From: Chiloscyllium plagiosum
Lineage: Eukaryota
Length of the DNA: 32,256 bases
Direction of reading: 5' to 3'
Assembly: GCF_004010195.1 (NCBI RefSeq)
Contig: NC_057720.1
Location: forward strand, 9,181,593-9,213,848
The position numbers and the translations under genes were made by a program. The notes beneath the pieces were generated by a model. The model saw nothing but the letters and a program-made list of their open reading frames with translations. It was not told where the DNA came from and did no database searches. Below are positions 11,134 to 22,440 of this stretch, one piece after another. Numbering within the stretch: position 1 is the stretch's first letter; each line of letters opens with the position of its first letter.

Positions 11134-11425
11134 TTAATTCTTCCTGAATGATACTGTCCCTGAAAATCTGTGGTAGCTTTCGGATTACTTCAAATCTGAC
11201 CGTACGACAACTTCCTGTCATCTCCTCTTATCTCAAAGCCCATTTCACAGTAATATGAATCACATATGACCTGTATCCAGGTAGAAATGCTAACGCAATG
11301 TCACTGCCACTTCCTCACGGACAGCTGGGGGGGTGGGCAATCAATGATGATCTGGCCAGTGATTTTTGTACATTAGAACAGACGAAGAAAAACATACTAC
11401 AGAAGTGAAGTGGTTAATTGTTTGG

Positions 11426-12463
11426 CTTTTGGATATAGGTTTGCTGGTTGAGCTGGAAGGTTCATTTCCAGACGTTTTGTCACCCTACTAGATAACATCT
11501 TCAGTGGGCCTCAGGTGAAGCACTGCTGATAATTCCTGCTTTCTATTTATATGTTTGGGTTTCTTTGGGTTGGTGGTGTAATTTCCTGTAGTGATGTCAT
11601 TTCCTGTGGTGAAATCACTTCCTGTTCTTTTTCTCAGGGGGTGGGGTAGATGGGGTCTAACACAATGCGTTTGTTGATAGAGTTCCAGTTGGAATGCCAT
11701 ACTTCTAGGAATTCTCGTGCATGTCTCTGTTTGGCTTGTCCCAGGACGGATGTGTTGACCAAGTGGAAGTGGTGTCCTTCCTCATCCGTACGTATGCATA
11801 CTAGTGAGAGAGGGTCATGTCGTTTTGTGGCTAGTTGGTGGTCATATATCCTGGTGGCTAGTTTTCTGCCTGTTTGTCCAATGTAGTGTTTGTTACAGTC
11901 CTTGCATGGCATTATAACAAGCAAAACTAATGTCATTTACAAAATACCATGCAAGGACTGCAACAAACACTACGTTGGACAAACAGGCAGAAAACTAGCC
12001 ACCAGGATACATGAATACCAACTAGCCACAAAACGATATGACCCTCTCTCACCAGTATGCATACATACAGATGAGGAAGGACACCACTTCGACTGGGACA
12101 ACACATCCATCCTCGGACAAGCCAAACACAGACACACACGAGAATATCTAGAAGCATAGCATTCCAACCGGAACTCTATCAACAGAAACATCAAGCTAGA
12201 CCCCATCTAACAACCCCTGAGAAAAAGAACCGGAAGTGGCATCACCACAGGAAATAACATCACTACAGGAAATGACATCACCAACCCAAAGAAACCCAAA
12301 CATATAAGTAGAAAGCAGAAATTATCAGCAGTGCTTCACCTGGAGGCCCACTGAAGATGTTACCTAGTAGGGTGACGAAACGTCTGGAAATGAACCTTCC
12401 AGCTCAGCGAGCAAACCTACATCCAGAACCTCAACCTGAGCCACAAATCTTCTCAAAACTTGC
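11426..12463 (+). mobile_element. Penelope-like retroelement, 5'-truncated, with inverted 5' copy
   Basis: Plus arm 11914-12463 encodes a GIY-YIG endonuclease fragment (NVIYKIPCKDCNKHYVGQTGRKLATRIHE). Minus arm 11426-11913 is an inverted copy. Perfect 11-bp TSD TAATTGTTTGG at 11415-11425 and 12464-12474. Confidence 0.95.
12348..12387 (+). ncRNA. Minimal type I hammerhead ribozyme motif in the Penelope pLTR
   Basis: CCA|CTGAAGA|T|GTTACCT-agta-GGGTGAC|GAAAC|GTC|TGG: intact core, 7-bp stem II, 3-bp stem I, GUC triplet and palindromic ACGT helix III. Confidence 0.8.
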
Positions 12464-12474
12464 TAATTGTTTGG

Positions 12475-12596
12475 ATAGAAATAATATGCCCAAGTACAGG
12501 GAAAAGCAAAGTATTGGCACTAGGCTATGATGCTCATTTGAAGAGCTGTCACAGGCATGGTGGCCTTCTTCTGCACTGGAACAATTCTGCGACTCT
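12475..12596 (+). mobile_element. Old CR1-like 3' end (target of the Penelope insertion)
   Basis: tacagggaaaagc...acaggcatggtggccttcttctgcactg...attctgcgactct, apparently continuing from 11400-11425. Confidence 0.55.
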
Positions 12597-12749
12597 GCTC
12601 TGACTATCTCACAAGAATTTGCAATTTGTGAATTAGTTTTGAGAAGCAGTCAAGTGGGACAAATGAGCTATTAATCAGATCTTGATGATAAAATTTGATA
12701 ATTCCAGCTTATTAGGGACCAAGCTGTTTTTCTTTAAACAAAGTCATGA

Positions 12750-13041
12750 AGCCTCATCACTGTAGCAGTAACTTTGTATGTGGTGACAAACCACACACAC
12801 ATTGAAACAACTGACCAGATTACCTCGGTTGAGCAATGAATGAGGGTCACAGAATTGGATGAATTCCCCTGAACTGCTTCAAGTAGTGCCACCAATTCTA
12901 CTACTTTGACTTGTGTGGGCAGGAATGGTCCCAGCTTAATATCTCATCGAAAAGGTGCTACCTGGCATATTGCAACAGCCCCTCGGTGCTGCACTGAGGC
13001 GTCAGTTTAAATGTTGCACCACCTCAGGAGTGAGACTTGAC
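12750..13041 (-). mobile_element. SacSINE1-like DeuSINE, diverged
   Basis: gaattcccctgaactgcttcaagtagtgcca...ttaatatctcatcgaaaagg...ggagtgagacttga resembles the reverse complement of 1008-1645. Confidence 0.65.
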
Positions 13042-13042
13042 A

Positions 13043-13665
13043 TCACAGAAACAGAGACAATAGCAGCAAGAGTAGGCCATTTGACCCCTTGAGCCTGCTG
13101 TTCCATTCTGACCATCGAGCTCAATACCCTAATCCTACCTTCTCCCCCACCCCATTATAAGATAATGAAAGGAATAAATAGAATCAAAAGCCAAAGACTT
13201 TTCCCCAGGGGAGGATTGACTGGTGCGAGGGGTCATAGTTTTAAGATATTAGGAGAAAGGTATAGAGGAGACATCAGAGGTAGGTTCTTTACGCAGAGAG
13301 TTGTGAATGCATGGAATGTGTTGCCAGCTGTGGTGGTGGAAGCAGAGTCATTAGGGACATTTAAGCGACTGCTGGACATGCACATGGATAGCAGTGAGTT
13401 GAGGGGTGCGTAGGTTAAGTTATTTTATTTTACATTAGGATTAACCCTCAGCACAACATCGTGGGCCAAAGGGCCTGTTCTGTGCTGTACTTTTCTATGT
13501 TCTATCGCCCCATCCCTTGATCCCTTTAGCCACAAGATCCATATTTAGCTCCTTCTTGAAAACACATGGTTTTGTCTCAACCATATTCTGTGGCAGAGAA
13601 TTCCACAGCTCGTCAATCTCTGGGTGAAGACATTTCCTTGCATCTCAGGCCTAAAACGTTTACCT
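13043..13665 (-). mobile_element. CR1 3' end interrupted by an opposite-strand CR1
   Basis: 13043-13152 (gagtaggccatttgacccctt) continues at 13507-13665 (gcagagaattccacag...tctgggtgaagacatttcc). Confidence 0.8.
13153..13506 (+). mobile_element. CR1 LINE 3' end
   Basis: ORF 13165-13413 (RGHSFKILGERYRGDIRGRFFTQRVVNAWNVLP) and a ttctatgttctat tail. Confidence 0.93.
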
Positions 13666-13744
13666 CTTTCTGTCAAGAAGCAATGACACGCTCATACATT
13701 ATACTGCCACTGCTATATGGATAAAGTAAACCTAGCACTGCATA

Positions 13745-14390
13745 GCTCAGCATCTGCTTACAAAGTGATCTCCCCTGCAGTGGCGAGACAAAGCTCAGAC
13801 TGGGGGCCCACTTTGTGGAACACCTACATTCTGTCTTTAAAAATGACCCTGAGCTTCCAGTAGCCTGCCACTACAACATCCCACTCCGCTTCCTGGCCAA
13901 CATCTCTGACTCAGGCTTGCTGCAGCGCTCCAGTGAAGCTCAGCACAAGCTCAAAGTATAGCACCTCATCTTCCATTTGGGAACTCTGCTGCCTTCAGGA
14001 CTCAACATTGAGTTTTATAAGTTTACAGCCTGAACACCTTCCTCCATGCCCTTTACCCAACCCCACATCCCAGGACACAGATTGTTTTTCATCACAGAAA
14101 ACCCATTTTCACACATTCATGGTCCCCATTATCAGCTTTTTCGCCTTCTGTCACATACTATCAGAGCATCCCCCACTATTTCTTTTTCAACCCAACTATT
14201 GCTCTGTCCCTGTGGGCTCCATCTCCACCTTCGATTCCCTCCTTTCCCCACAACTTCTTCTTGTCACCAGATCTTCCACCTTCTCCTGATTGCTATCAGT
14301 TCTGAAGAAGGGTCACTGGATGCAAAATGTTAACTTTGCTTTCGCTCCGCTGATACTTCCAGACATGCAGAGTTTTTCAAACAATTTCTA
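13745..14390 (+). mobile_element. Penelope-like element 3' portion (second family), decayed
   Basis: Reads GETKLRLGAHFVEHLHSVFKNDPELPVACHYN...HLIFHLGTLLPSGLNIEF (GIY-YIG C-terminus). Pyrimidine-rich UTR, then a degenerate hammerhead ctgaagaagggtcactggatgcaaaatgtta at about 14302-14332. Confidence 0.85.
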
Positions 14391-14907
14391 AACCGCTTCA
14401 AAAAAATGCATACATTCGATTTCATTTAGACGGAAAAGTGCGTCAATTTAATTTAAGAAGCCCCTGTGCAATGAAAGGACAGTTGTAAAGATGACAACCT
14501 TTAATAAGAAAATGTGATTTGTCATGTTCTATACCCAGCCAATGATTAATGTTTTGGGAACGTGATAAGACATTGGGATGTCCACAGATATGTTGATAAT
14601 TTCCAAACACTATTCTTGATCACTCCTTTCACGCACAGTAAGCCTTTGCATAAACCTTAATGATGATAATGGATATTTCAGACTCTGAGTGTGCTCAGTG
14701 TCAGGGGATGAACCCCGATAGACAAAACTGTGTGAAATTATCTATGATCAGGAGCATTAATAGGAAGCACCGAAGGAGTCATTTTGCTTCCACTATTGGC
14801 GATTGGCAAATGCATGACTGCATCTTGCCATCCTGAGTAGTATGAATACCATTGTGCTTTCAATTCAGTGCTATGTCATAAACTTCACGCTATAATATGG
14901 GAGCAGG

Positions 14908-15084
14908 CTATTTGGCAGAGTAAGTCTGTTTGGTCTTTCTGGAGAGCATCTCACACAGAACCATTCCACCTATCCTGCAACTCTTCATTCGCCATGGCTT
15001 ATCAACGTGACCTGCACATTCCTGGGTCACTTTAACATGACTAATCCCCCAAACCAGCTCATTCCTGGACACTTTCACATGGCT
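14908..15084 (-). mobile_element. HE1 SINE 3' half, cut by the gap
   Basis: gagagcatctcacacag...cctgcacattcctgggtcactt...ctaatcc resembles the reverse complement of 8140-8340. Confidence 0.7.
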
Positions 15085-15584
15085 NNNNNNNNNNNNNNNN
15101 NNNNNNNNNNNNNNNNNNNNNNNNNNNNNNNNNNNNNNNNNNNNNNNNNNNNNNNNNNNNNNNNNNNNNNNNNNNNNNNNNNNNNNNNNNNNNNNNNNNN
15201 NNNNNNNNNNNNNNNNNNNNNNNNNNNNNNNNNNNNNNNNNNNNNNNNNNNNNNNNNNNNNNNNNNNNNNNNNNNNNNNNNNNNNNNNNNNNNNNNNNNN
15301 NNNNNNNNNNNNNNNNNNNNNNNNNNNNNNNNNNNNNNNNNNNNNNNNNNNNNNNNNNNNNNNNNNNNNNNNNNNNNNNNNNNNNNNNNNNNNNNNNNNN
15401 NNNNNNNNNNNNNNNNNNNNNNNNNNNNNNNNNNNNNNNNNNNNNNNNNNNNNNNNNNNNNNNNNNNNNNNNNNNNNNNNNNNNNNNNNNNNNNNNNNNN
15501 NNNNNNNNNNNNNNNNNNNNNNNNNNNNNNNNNNNNNNNNNNNNNNNNNNNNNNNNNNNNNNNNNNNNNNNNNNNNNNNNNNNN
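15085..15584. other. Assembly gap (500 N)
   Basis: Exactly 500 N, a round number typical of a scaffolding spacer. Confidence 0.98.
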
Positions 15585-15691
15585 AATTCCCAAAACACAC
15601 TCCTGGCACAGTACCCAAAAATACATCATGCATTTTCCCCAAAGACACCACTCATAAAATACTTAGAATCCCTGAAAGTATTATGCCAATA

Positions 15692-15840
15692 ATGTGGAGA
15701 TGCCAGTGTTGGACTGGTCTGGACAAAGTCAGAAGTCACACAGAACCAGGTGAAGTAATGAAGGAGTAGTGCTCTGAAAGCTTGTGATTTCAAATAAACC
15801 TGTTGGGCTATAACCTGCTGTGGTGTGGCTACTGACTTTA
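15692..15840. mobile_element. Short inverted Penelope-tail element (family of 2770-2948)
   Basis: Minus arm 15692-15750 and plus arm 15756-15840 with degenerate hammerhead taatgaaGGAGtagtgCTCTgaaagctt. Confidence 0.7.
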
Positions 15841-16518
15841 TTATTTCACCAGTTTCAAGGCATTGGATCTACTATGCACCTGAGCTTAAACTTACTCAAC
15901 TTTATGTAACTCCTTTGGTGTTTTATCTCAACACTGCTTGTTTGGGACTATCATTAACTCTAAGGTAATCCAGTTCCACTACACCCTTTCTTTATCAGGC
16001 ACTGGTCTATTCAGCTCAGGACTTCACAGAACTACCCAATACTCAAAGGGAAAAACTAAGAACTAAACTCTTACTACAAGCCACGGATGTTTCCCTTCAA
16101 CTTGAAATAGCCTCTGATTAACCTTTGGTCTAACTGGAGGTTGTTTATCTTGTTCAGTTGTGTAAAAAAAAAACCCTATTAACGTACACAAAAATCCATT
16201 AATTCTGAATCTAGGTCTCAAAAACAGATTTAAACAAAATCACCATGGCGACAGTAATACTTCCAAGATAAAACACACAGTCTACATTACCAAAGGGAAA
16301 GAAATTGACTATCAGAATTTAAGGTCTCTTAGATTCTCGCTGATGTCAACTTTACCTCAATTTATGCACCTTAGATCCTTGATGTAATAACATAAACAAA
16401 TTGCAGAATCATTGAGGCTTACTATGTAGAAAAAAGCGGGTCAGCTCTTCTGTAACTTTGCCAATTCTTTGAATGAGCAGCTCTGCTTATCCTACTCCTT
16501 GGATCATTCTCAAGTATC

Positions 16519-16835
16519 TCATAGAAGCTCCACAGTGAAGGTAGAGGACATTCAGTCCATTGTGTGTGCCACCCAGACACAGCATCCCCTACCGTATTTC
16601 ATATTTCCCTTGGCTAATCCACTTAACCTCCCACATCCCTGAACACTATGGGCAATTTAGCATGGCCAATCTACCTAACCTGCTCATCTTTGGATTGTGG
16701 GAGGAAACCGGAGCACCTGGAGGAAACCCATGCAGACACAGGGAGAGCATGCAGACTCCACACAGACAGTCACCCGAGGGTGGAATTGAACCCAGGTCCC
16801 TGGCAGCAGTGTTAACCACTGAGCCACCATGCTGC
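16519..16835 (-). mobile_element. HE1 SINE, near full length
   Basis: tgtgggaggaaaccggagcacc...ggaattgaaccc...aaccactgagccacc (V-domain, B box and A box, reversed). Confidence 0.92.
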
Positions 16836-17549
16836 TCTGTTCAATTCTCTTTTAAAATTAATTGTGAATCCGCATCTGCCTCCTTTTTACATGGGAGTGT
16901 TCCAACTCCTACCAAGATGTCTCTTGAAATCTCTTTATAAATCCAGAAAAAGGATCTTGTTTCTCAGCATCAAAAAATTAACAAACTGCTCAATATGACA
17001 ACCCATCTTCTAACCACGACGCCTATATGTCTATTACTTATAAATAAATATTAACAAAACTGGAGGGACCCCAAAATATGCAGGTTGGATGATTTCCATT
17101 CCACAAGACCATAAACTTAGGTACAGGAGTAGGCCATTCAGCCCATCAAGCCTGCTCTGCCATTCAGTGTGATCATGGCTGATTTGATAATCCTCAACTC
17201 CACTTTCTTGCCTTTTCTCCATAAACTTTCATATCCTTACTGATTAAAAGTCTGCCAATCTTCGTCTTGAATAAACTAAATGACCCAGCCTTGACAGCCC
17301 TCTGCGGGAAAGAATTCTACAGATTCACTCCCCTCTGAGAGCAAAAATGCCTCCTCATCTCTCTCTTGAATGGGTAACCTTTTATTCTGAAATGATGCTG
17401 TCTGCTCCCGGACTCTCCCACAAGGGGAAAACAATCTTGCTGCATCAGTCCTGTCAAATACTGTAAGGGTCTTATATTTTTCAATAAAGTTGTCTTTCAT
17501 TCCTATTAGCTTCAAAGAGTACAGGCCCAACGTAGTCAAATTCTTTGAT

Positions 17550-18221
17550 ATTTGCATCGCATGTTGACAGGGAGGTAATGAAAGCCTTTAGCATGCTTGC
17601 CTTCATTGCTCAGACCTTTGAGTGTCGGAGTTGGGACCTCATTTTGAGGTTCGACAGGATGTTGTTGTGTACTCTTCTGGAATACTGTGTCCAATTCTGG
17701 TCGCCCTGTTATACACTTGATATTATTAAGCTGGAGAGGGTTCAATAAAGATTTATCAAGATGTTGCCAGGTTTGAGTTATAATGACAGGCTGTATACGC
17801 TGGGACTTTTTTCACTGGAGCATAGGAGGTTGAGGGCTGACCTTGTAGAGGTTTATAAAATCATGAGGGGGATATAGATAAGGTGAATGGCAAGTGTCTT
17901 TTCTCTAGTGCAGGATGTTTCTAGACTAGGGGCTTATTGTTAAGGTGGGAGGAGGAAGATTTGAAAAAGAGACATATGGGGCAACTCTTTTACACAGAGA
18001 GTGGTTTGTGTTGGAGTGAGCTTCCAGAAGTGGGGAATGCAGGTCCAGTTACAAAGTTTAAAAGACTTTTGGATAAGTACATGAATAAGAAATATTTGGA
18101 GGGATATGAGCCAAGCGCAGGCAGGTGGGACTCGTTTAGGTTTATGGTTGGTATGGACTGATAGGACTAAGGTATCTGTTTCCACGTTGTAACACTCAAT
18201 AACTTTAAGGACCTATGACTC
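17550..18221 (+). mobile_element. 5'-truncated CR1 LINE
   Basis: KAFSMLAFIAQTFECRSWD...LEYCVQFWSPCY; ends ctatgactct. Confidence 0.92.
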
Positions 18222-18336
18222 TCTTCATGACAAAAATCCCTCCATCCACAGAATCAACCGAGTGAACCTTCTGGACTGTCTCCAAGACCAGATGGAGGGC
18301 CCAAAACCATTCGCTGTATTCCAACTATGGTCTAAT

Positions 18337-18843
18337 GTCAAGAGTGTGCCGTTGGAAAAGGACAGCGGGTCAGGCAGCATCCAAGGAACAGGAGAATCGA
18401 CGTTTTGGGCATAAGCCCTTCATCCTGATGTTTTTCCAGCACCATACTCTCGACTCTGATCTTACTGTGGGCAGTAGGTGGCACGGTGACACAGTAGTTA
18501 GCACTGCTGCCTCACAGCGCCAGAGACCTGGGTTCAATTCCTGCCTCAGGCGACTCTCTTTGTGGAGTTTGCACATTCTCCCCGTGTCTGCGTGGGTTTC
18601 CTCCGGGTGCTCCGGTTTCCTCCCACAATCCAAAGGTGTGCAGGTTAGGTGAATGTGCAATAGTCTAAATTGCCCGTAGTGTTAGGTGAAGGGGTAAATG
18701 TCGGGGAATGGGTCTGGGTGGGTTGCGTTTTGGCAGGTCAGTGTGGACTTGTTGGGCTGAAGGGCTTGTTTCCACCCTGTAAGTAATCTAATCTAATCTA
18801 AGTAATCTAATCTAAAAAAAATCTGCAGTCCTCACTTTCTCCT
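18337..18843. mobile_element. Short inverted Penelope-tail element interrupted by HE1
   Basis: Minus arm 18337-18424 ends gacgttttgggcataagcccttcatc. Plus arm is 18430-18462 plus 18821-18843. Degenerate TSD AACTATGGTCTAATG / AACTGTGGTGTAATG (13/15). Confidence 0.8.
18469..18820 (+). mobile_element. HE1 SINE, full length, young
   Basis: ggtggcacggtgacacagtagttagcactgctgcctcacagcgccag head, B box ggttcaattcc, V-domain and (AATCT)n-A tail. Confidence 0.95.
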
Positions 18844-19294
18844 AACTGTGGTGTAATGACTAGTTTGAGCAAAACAAAAGATTAAGACTTTGATCTCCTT
18901 GCTAGTATTTTGTAATATGTTTTTTAAAGCAATATATTCACTGACACCATAATGTGCTGATGCTTGCCCTCTGCATATGCATGTGTGAAATATTCAACAA
19001 TTTTTTAAAAGTAAAGTTAAATTATTACTTTGCATGACACTTTTTAACCTGATATGCTCTCTTTTCTTCTCATTATTAGCTGTTTATTAGGTAGTTTTCA
19101 CCTTTTGTTAAATTTATTTTTGACAGAGATTTCTGCAAATGTACATCCTCCCTAGTGTCAGCTTTTTTTAGAATCCTGTTTTCACAAATAACGTCGTTAC
19201 ACAGCACTCTGAATTTTACAACCCAAAAGTGGACTTGACACTGTGATTTTGAAAATATTCTTGAAGTTACATGAGCAGCTTTGTATAATGAATA

Positions 19295-19550
19295 ATAAAC
19301 ACAGAGTGTGCAGGTAAAACTCAGCAGATCTTGTCGCATCAGTGGCGAGAGAAGCAGAGGTAACATTTCAAGTCTGCTATGACACGTTTTTAGAACTCTT
19401 CTTCTGAAGAAGGGTCACACAAGAAGCACACTTTTCCATCCAGAATCAAAATCCCAATCCTGTTTCTCTCTCCACAGATGCTGCCAGACCTGCTGAGCTT
19501 CACCAGCAATTTCTGTGTCTTATCAGATTTCCAGCATCTGCAGTTTTTTC
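19295..19550. mobile_element. Short inverted Penelope-tail element, old
   Basis: Minus arm 19295-19397 (actcagcagatcttgtcgcatcagtgg) pairs with plus arm 19402-19550 (ctgaagaagggtca...ccacagatgctgccagacctgctgag). Confidence 0.75.
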
Positions 19551-20787
19551 ACCCTTAATTATGTGATGAATATCTTGCACACTGCAAATCAACAGGTCTG
19601 TTAGTGAAAGGCATTATCATTTGGTTACTCACGGTGGTGTGTTTGGACTGGTGAAATGAATTAGACAAGACAGCAACAAACACTCTCTGAGAGCCTATCC
19701 AAGCAACATCTTCCTTCAAGCTGGAAGGACCCAAGGAGCAATGTGCATGCAACACCATAGAAATGTTAGACCCAGAAAGAGACTAGTTGGTCCATCTCAA
19801 TGTTGGTTCTTTATAGAGGAAGCGAAGACTGATCTCAATGCTCACATCTTCCTCCAGTGCCTTGAATCTTCCTCTAGTACAAAGATTTGTGCATTAAAAG
19901 GTATAGCGGCCTCTCTGCCTTAACCATTGTTTATGAAAAAGCATTCCAAACAGAACTTAGTACATTGGTATTTTTCCTGTCATTTGTCATCATTCATCAA
20001 GTGCCAAATTTAGAGAGATAAATTTTGGTACTAACTCTCTCCAACCACAGGCAACCGTATTTCCTTATTTACCTCTCAAAAATGCTTCAGTATTTTAATT
20101 AAATTTGCTTAATCTCCTTTGACTAAGGGATTCAGCCTTGGTCACACGACTTTAACCTCATAACGATTGTTTCGGACTCTTAACAGCATCAGTCAATATT
20201 CTCAACCCAGTTACTGAATGGATGAGGAATGACAAACTTTGCAGTCTGCCAAGTGGTCAAATTCACCAATTCAGTGAGGAAAGGGGATTAAGATGGTTTC
20301 AATTTGCTTATGCCAAAAGAACACTTCGTTACTGCCCTGTAAGCATCAAGTGCACCAAATCTAACAATTGTTTTCTACTGTGCAATGTGTTGCTAAATGT
20401 TGTGATTGTGAGTGAAATCTCTTAGATCTTTCCATCAATTTTAGTCAACCAAGTGGCAGCTGATCCTTTCTGATCAAGTCGCTTGTCAGCATTTGTTCTG
20501 CATGATGACTGAATACTTGCAGGCCACTAAAAGAACAAATAGCCAATGCCAAATTTTGGAAACTATTTTTGTGTCAAAATAAATCTCTCAACCACTATGT
20601 ATCTGTCAAAGAAAATCTAAAATAGATGATCTAGCTATTTGCTTCAATGCTTTTTGCAAGATCTTGTTGTGTTGCAAATTGTTGCATTTCTCTACGTTAC
20701 AACAGCGACTCAACAGTAAGTGATAAAGCATCTTGTGACACCCTAAGATCAAGCATACAAAATAGGAGCAGGAACAGGCCAAGAGAG

Positions 20788-21064
20788 GAGTGGCAAAGTG
20801 GCCAGTCGTTAGCACTGCTGCCTGGCAGTGCCAGGGATTCTAGACTTGGGCGATGGACTGTGTGGAGTTTGCATGCTCTCCCTGTATCTGCATGGGTGTC
20901 CTCCGGTTTCCTCCCACAGTCCAAAGATGTGCAGGTTAGGTGGATTGGCCATGGGACATGCAGGGTTATAGGAATAGGGGATGGAGTTGGATCTGTGTAG
21001 AATGCTCTTCAGAGAACTTGTTGGGCTGAATGGCCTGCTTCCCTGCTAAAGGGATTCTGTGATT
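20788..21064 (+). mobile_element. HE1 SINE inserted into a minus-strand CR1 3' end (20745-20782 and 21064-21110)
   Basis: V-domain tgtggagtttgcatgctctccctgtatctgcatggg and tail gggctgaatggcctgcttcc; the flanks rejoin as aggagcaggaacaggcca|tttagctctcaagtctg. Confidence 0.88.
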
Positions 21065-21139
21065 TAGCTCTCAAGTCTGTTCCATCATTCAGTAAGACGA
21101 GGGCTGACCCATTTGTATCTCGAAACGCACACTTCTATT

Positions 21140-21690
21140 TAGGTCATGTTGCAGCTGTACAAAACATTGGTTCGGCTACTTTTAGAACATTGCATGCAAT
21201 TCGGGTCTCCCTGTTATAAGAAAGATGTTGTGAAACTTGCAAAGGTACAGAAAAGAGTTACAAGGTTGTTGCCAGGGTTGGAGGGTTTGAGCTATGGGGA
21301 GAGGTTGAATATGCTGGGGCTGTTTTCCCTGGAGTTTTGGAAGCCGAGGGGTAACATTATAAAGGTTTATAAAATCATAAGGGGCATCAATAGGGTGATT
21401 GGCCAATGTCTTTTTCCCCAGGGTAGTGGAGTCCAAAACTAGAGGGTAGTGGTTTAAGGTGAGAGAGAAAAACTGTAAAGGGAACCAAAGGGGCAACTTT
21501 TTTACACAGCGGGTGGTGCATGTATGGAATGAATTGCCAGAGGAAGAGGTGAAAGCTGGGTGGGTACATGAATAGGAAGCATTTAGAGGGATATAGAACA
21601 AATGGGACTAGATTAATCTAGGATATCTGGTCAGCATGGACAAGTTAGACTGAAGTTAGTTCCTGCGCTGTACAACTCCATGACTCTATC
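21140..21690 (+). mobile_element. 5'-truncated CR1 LINE
   Basis: ORF 21146-21442 (MLQLYKTLVRLLLEHCMQFGSPCYKKDVVKL); tail ccatgactctat. Confidence 0.93.
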
Positions 21691-22440
21691 AGTTAAAAAT
21701 ACAGCAGGAAATGAAAAGAGTTGCAAGCCCAGATTTGGAGGGGAGTCAAGTTCTTCACTCAGAGCAGCAGAGATGGAACTGTTGCTGACAATGGGAAGAA
21801 GGAGCTGAAGGTCACCCTGAGGGAGTGCTATATATAGGGCACAGATAACGCATGGAGAACCTCCAAGTCGTTTGTGTGAAAGTTCCTCAAGGCAAAGCTA
21901 TCTCAAGTGATTTTTTTTACTTGAGTTTGCAAACCTTATCCCTGGCAATCAGTACAAAATGGATGAATGATTGAGCTACCAAATACTTTTATGTGATCTG
22001 TACATGGTTGTGATGAAAAGAAAAATAATGCTGACATTAGGTTTGATCAAGAAAGCTACGTGATGCACATGCAGAAGCAAGCCAGCTTTGCATTTTTAAT
22101 ATCTTAAGGGTCGTCACTTTGTCATAGCTGCAATATTTCCCTGGAAGCCATTTTGAGCTGCTGAATGACTGGACCAATTAAATCAAACTGGTGAAAATGG
22201 TTTATATTCATCATTTTGGCAGTATTATAGACCACAGCACTCATAAGTTTCGAGAAAAGGTTTTATGGAGTGGATACTAAATCTTCGTGAATGTTACATA
22301 CTTAAATAGGAAATTCATGTGATGCACTGGGACCTGGTTTTCCAATGCTCGGGTCTGAAGAAAGTGGTTAAGAATGGCCAGAATAGTAACACAGATGTAC
22401 CCACTCAGTAGGTGAACTGTTGGGAAGCAGTAGGGAGTTT

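Larger units (their letters stand above)
17105..18865 (-). mobile_element. Old CR1 3' region hosting three nested insertions
   Basis: 17105-17545 (aggagtaggccattcagccc...gagtacaggcccaac) continues at 18222-18337 and 18844-18865. Confidence 0.75.

Noticed and set aside
14908..15657. Long ORFs of 179-247 aa
   Set aside because: Artefacts of translating the N gap.
15585..16295. AC-rich stretch resembling a solo LTR
   Set aside because: No clear TG...CA termini or TSD, and the left end is lost in the gap.
21828..21840. TATA-like ctatatatagggc
   Set aside because: No CpG island, ORF or other promoter support.
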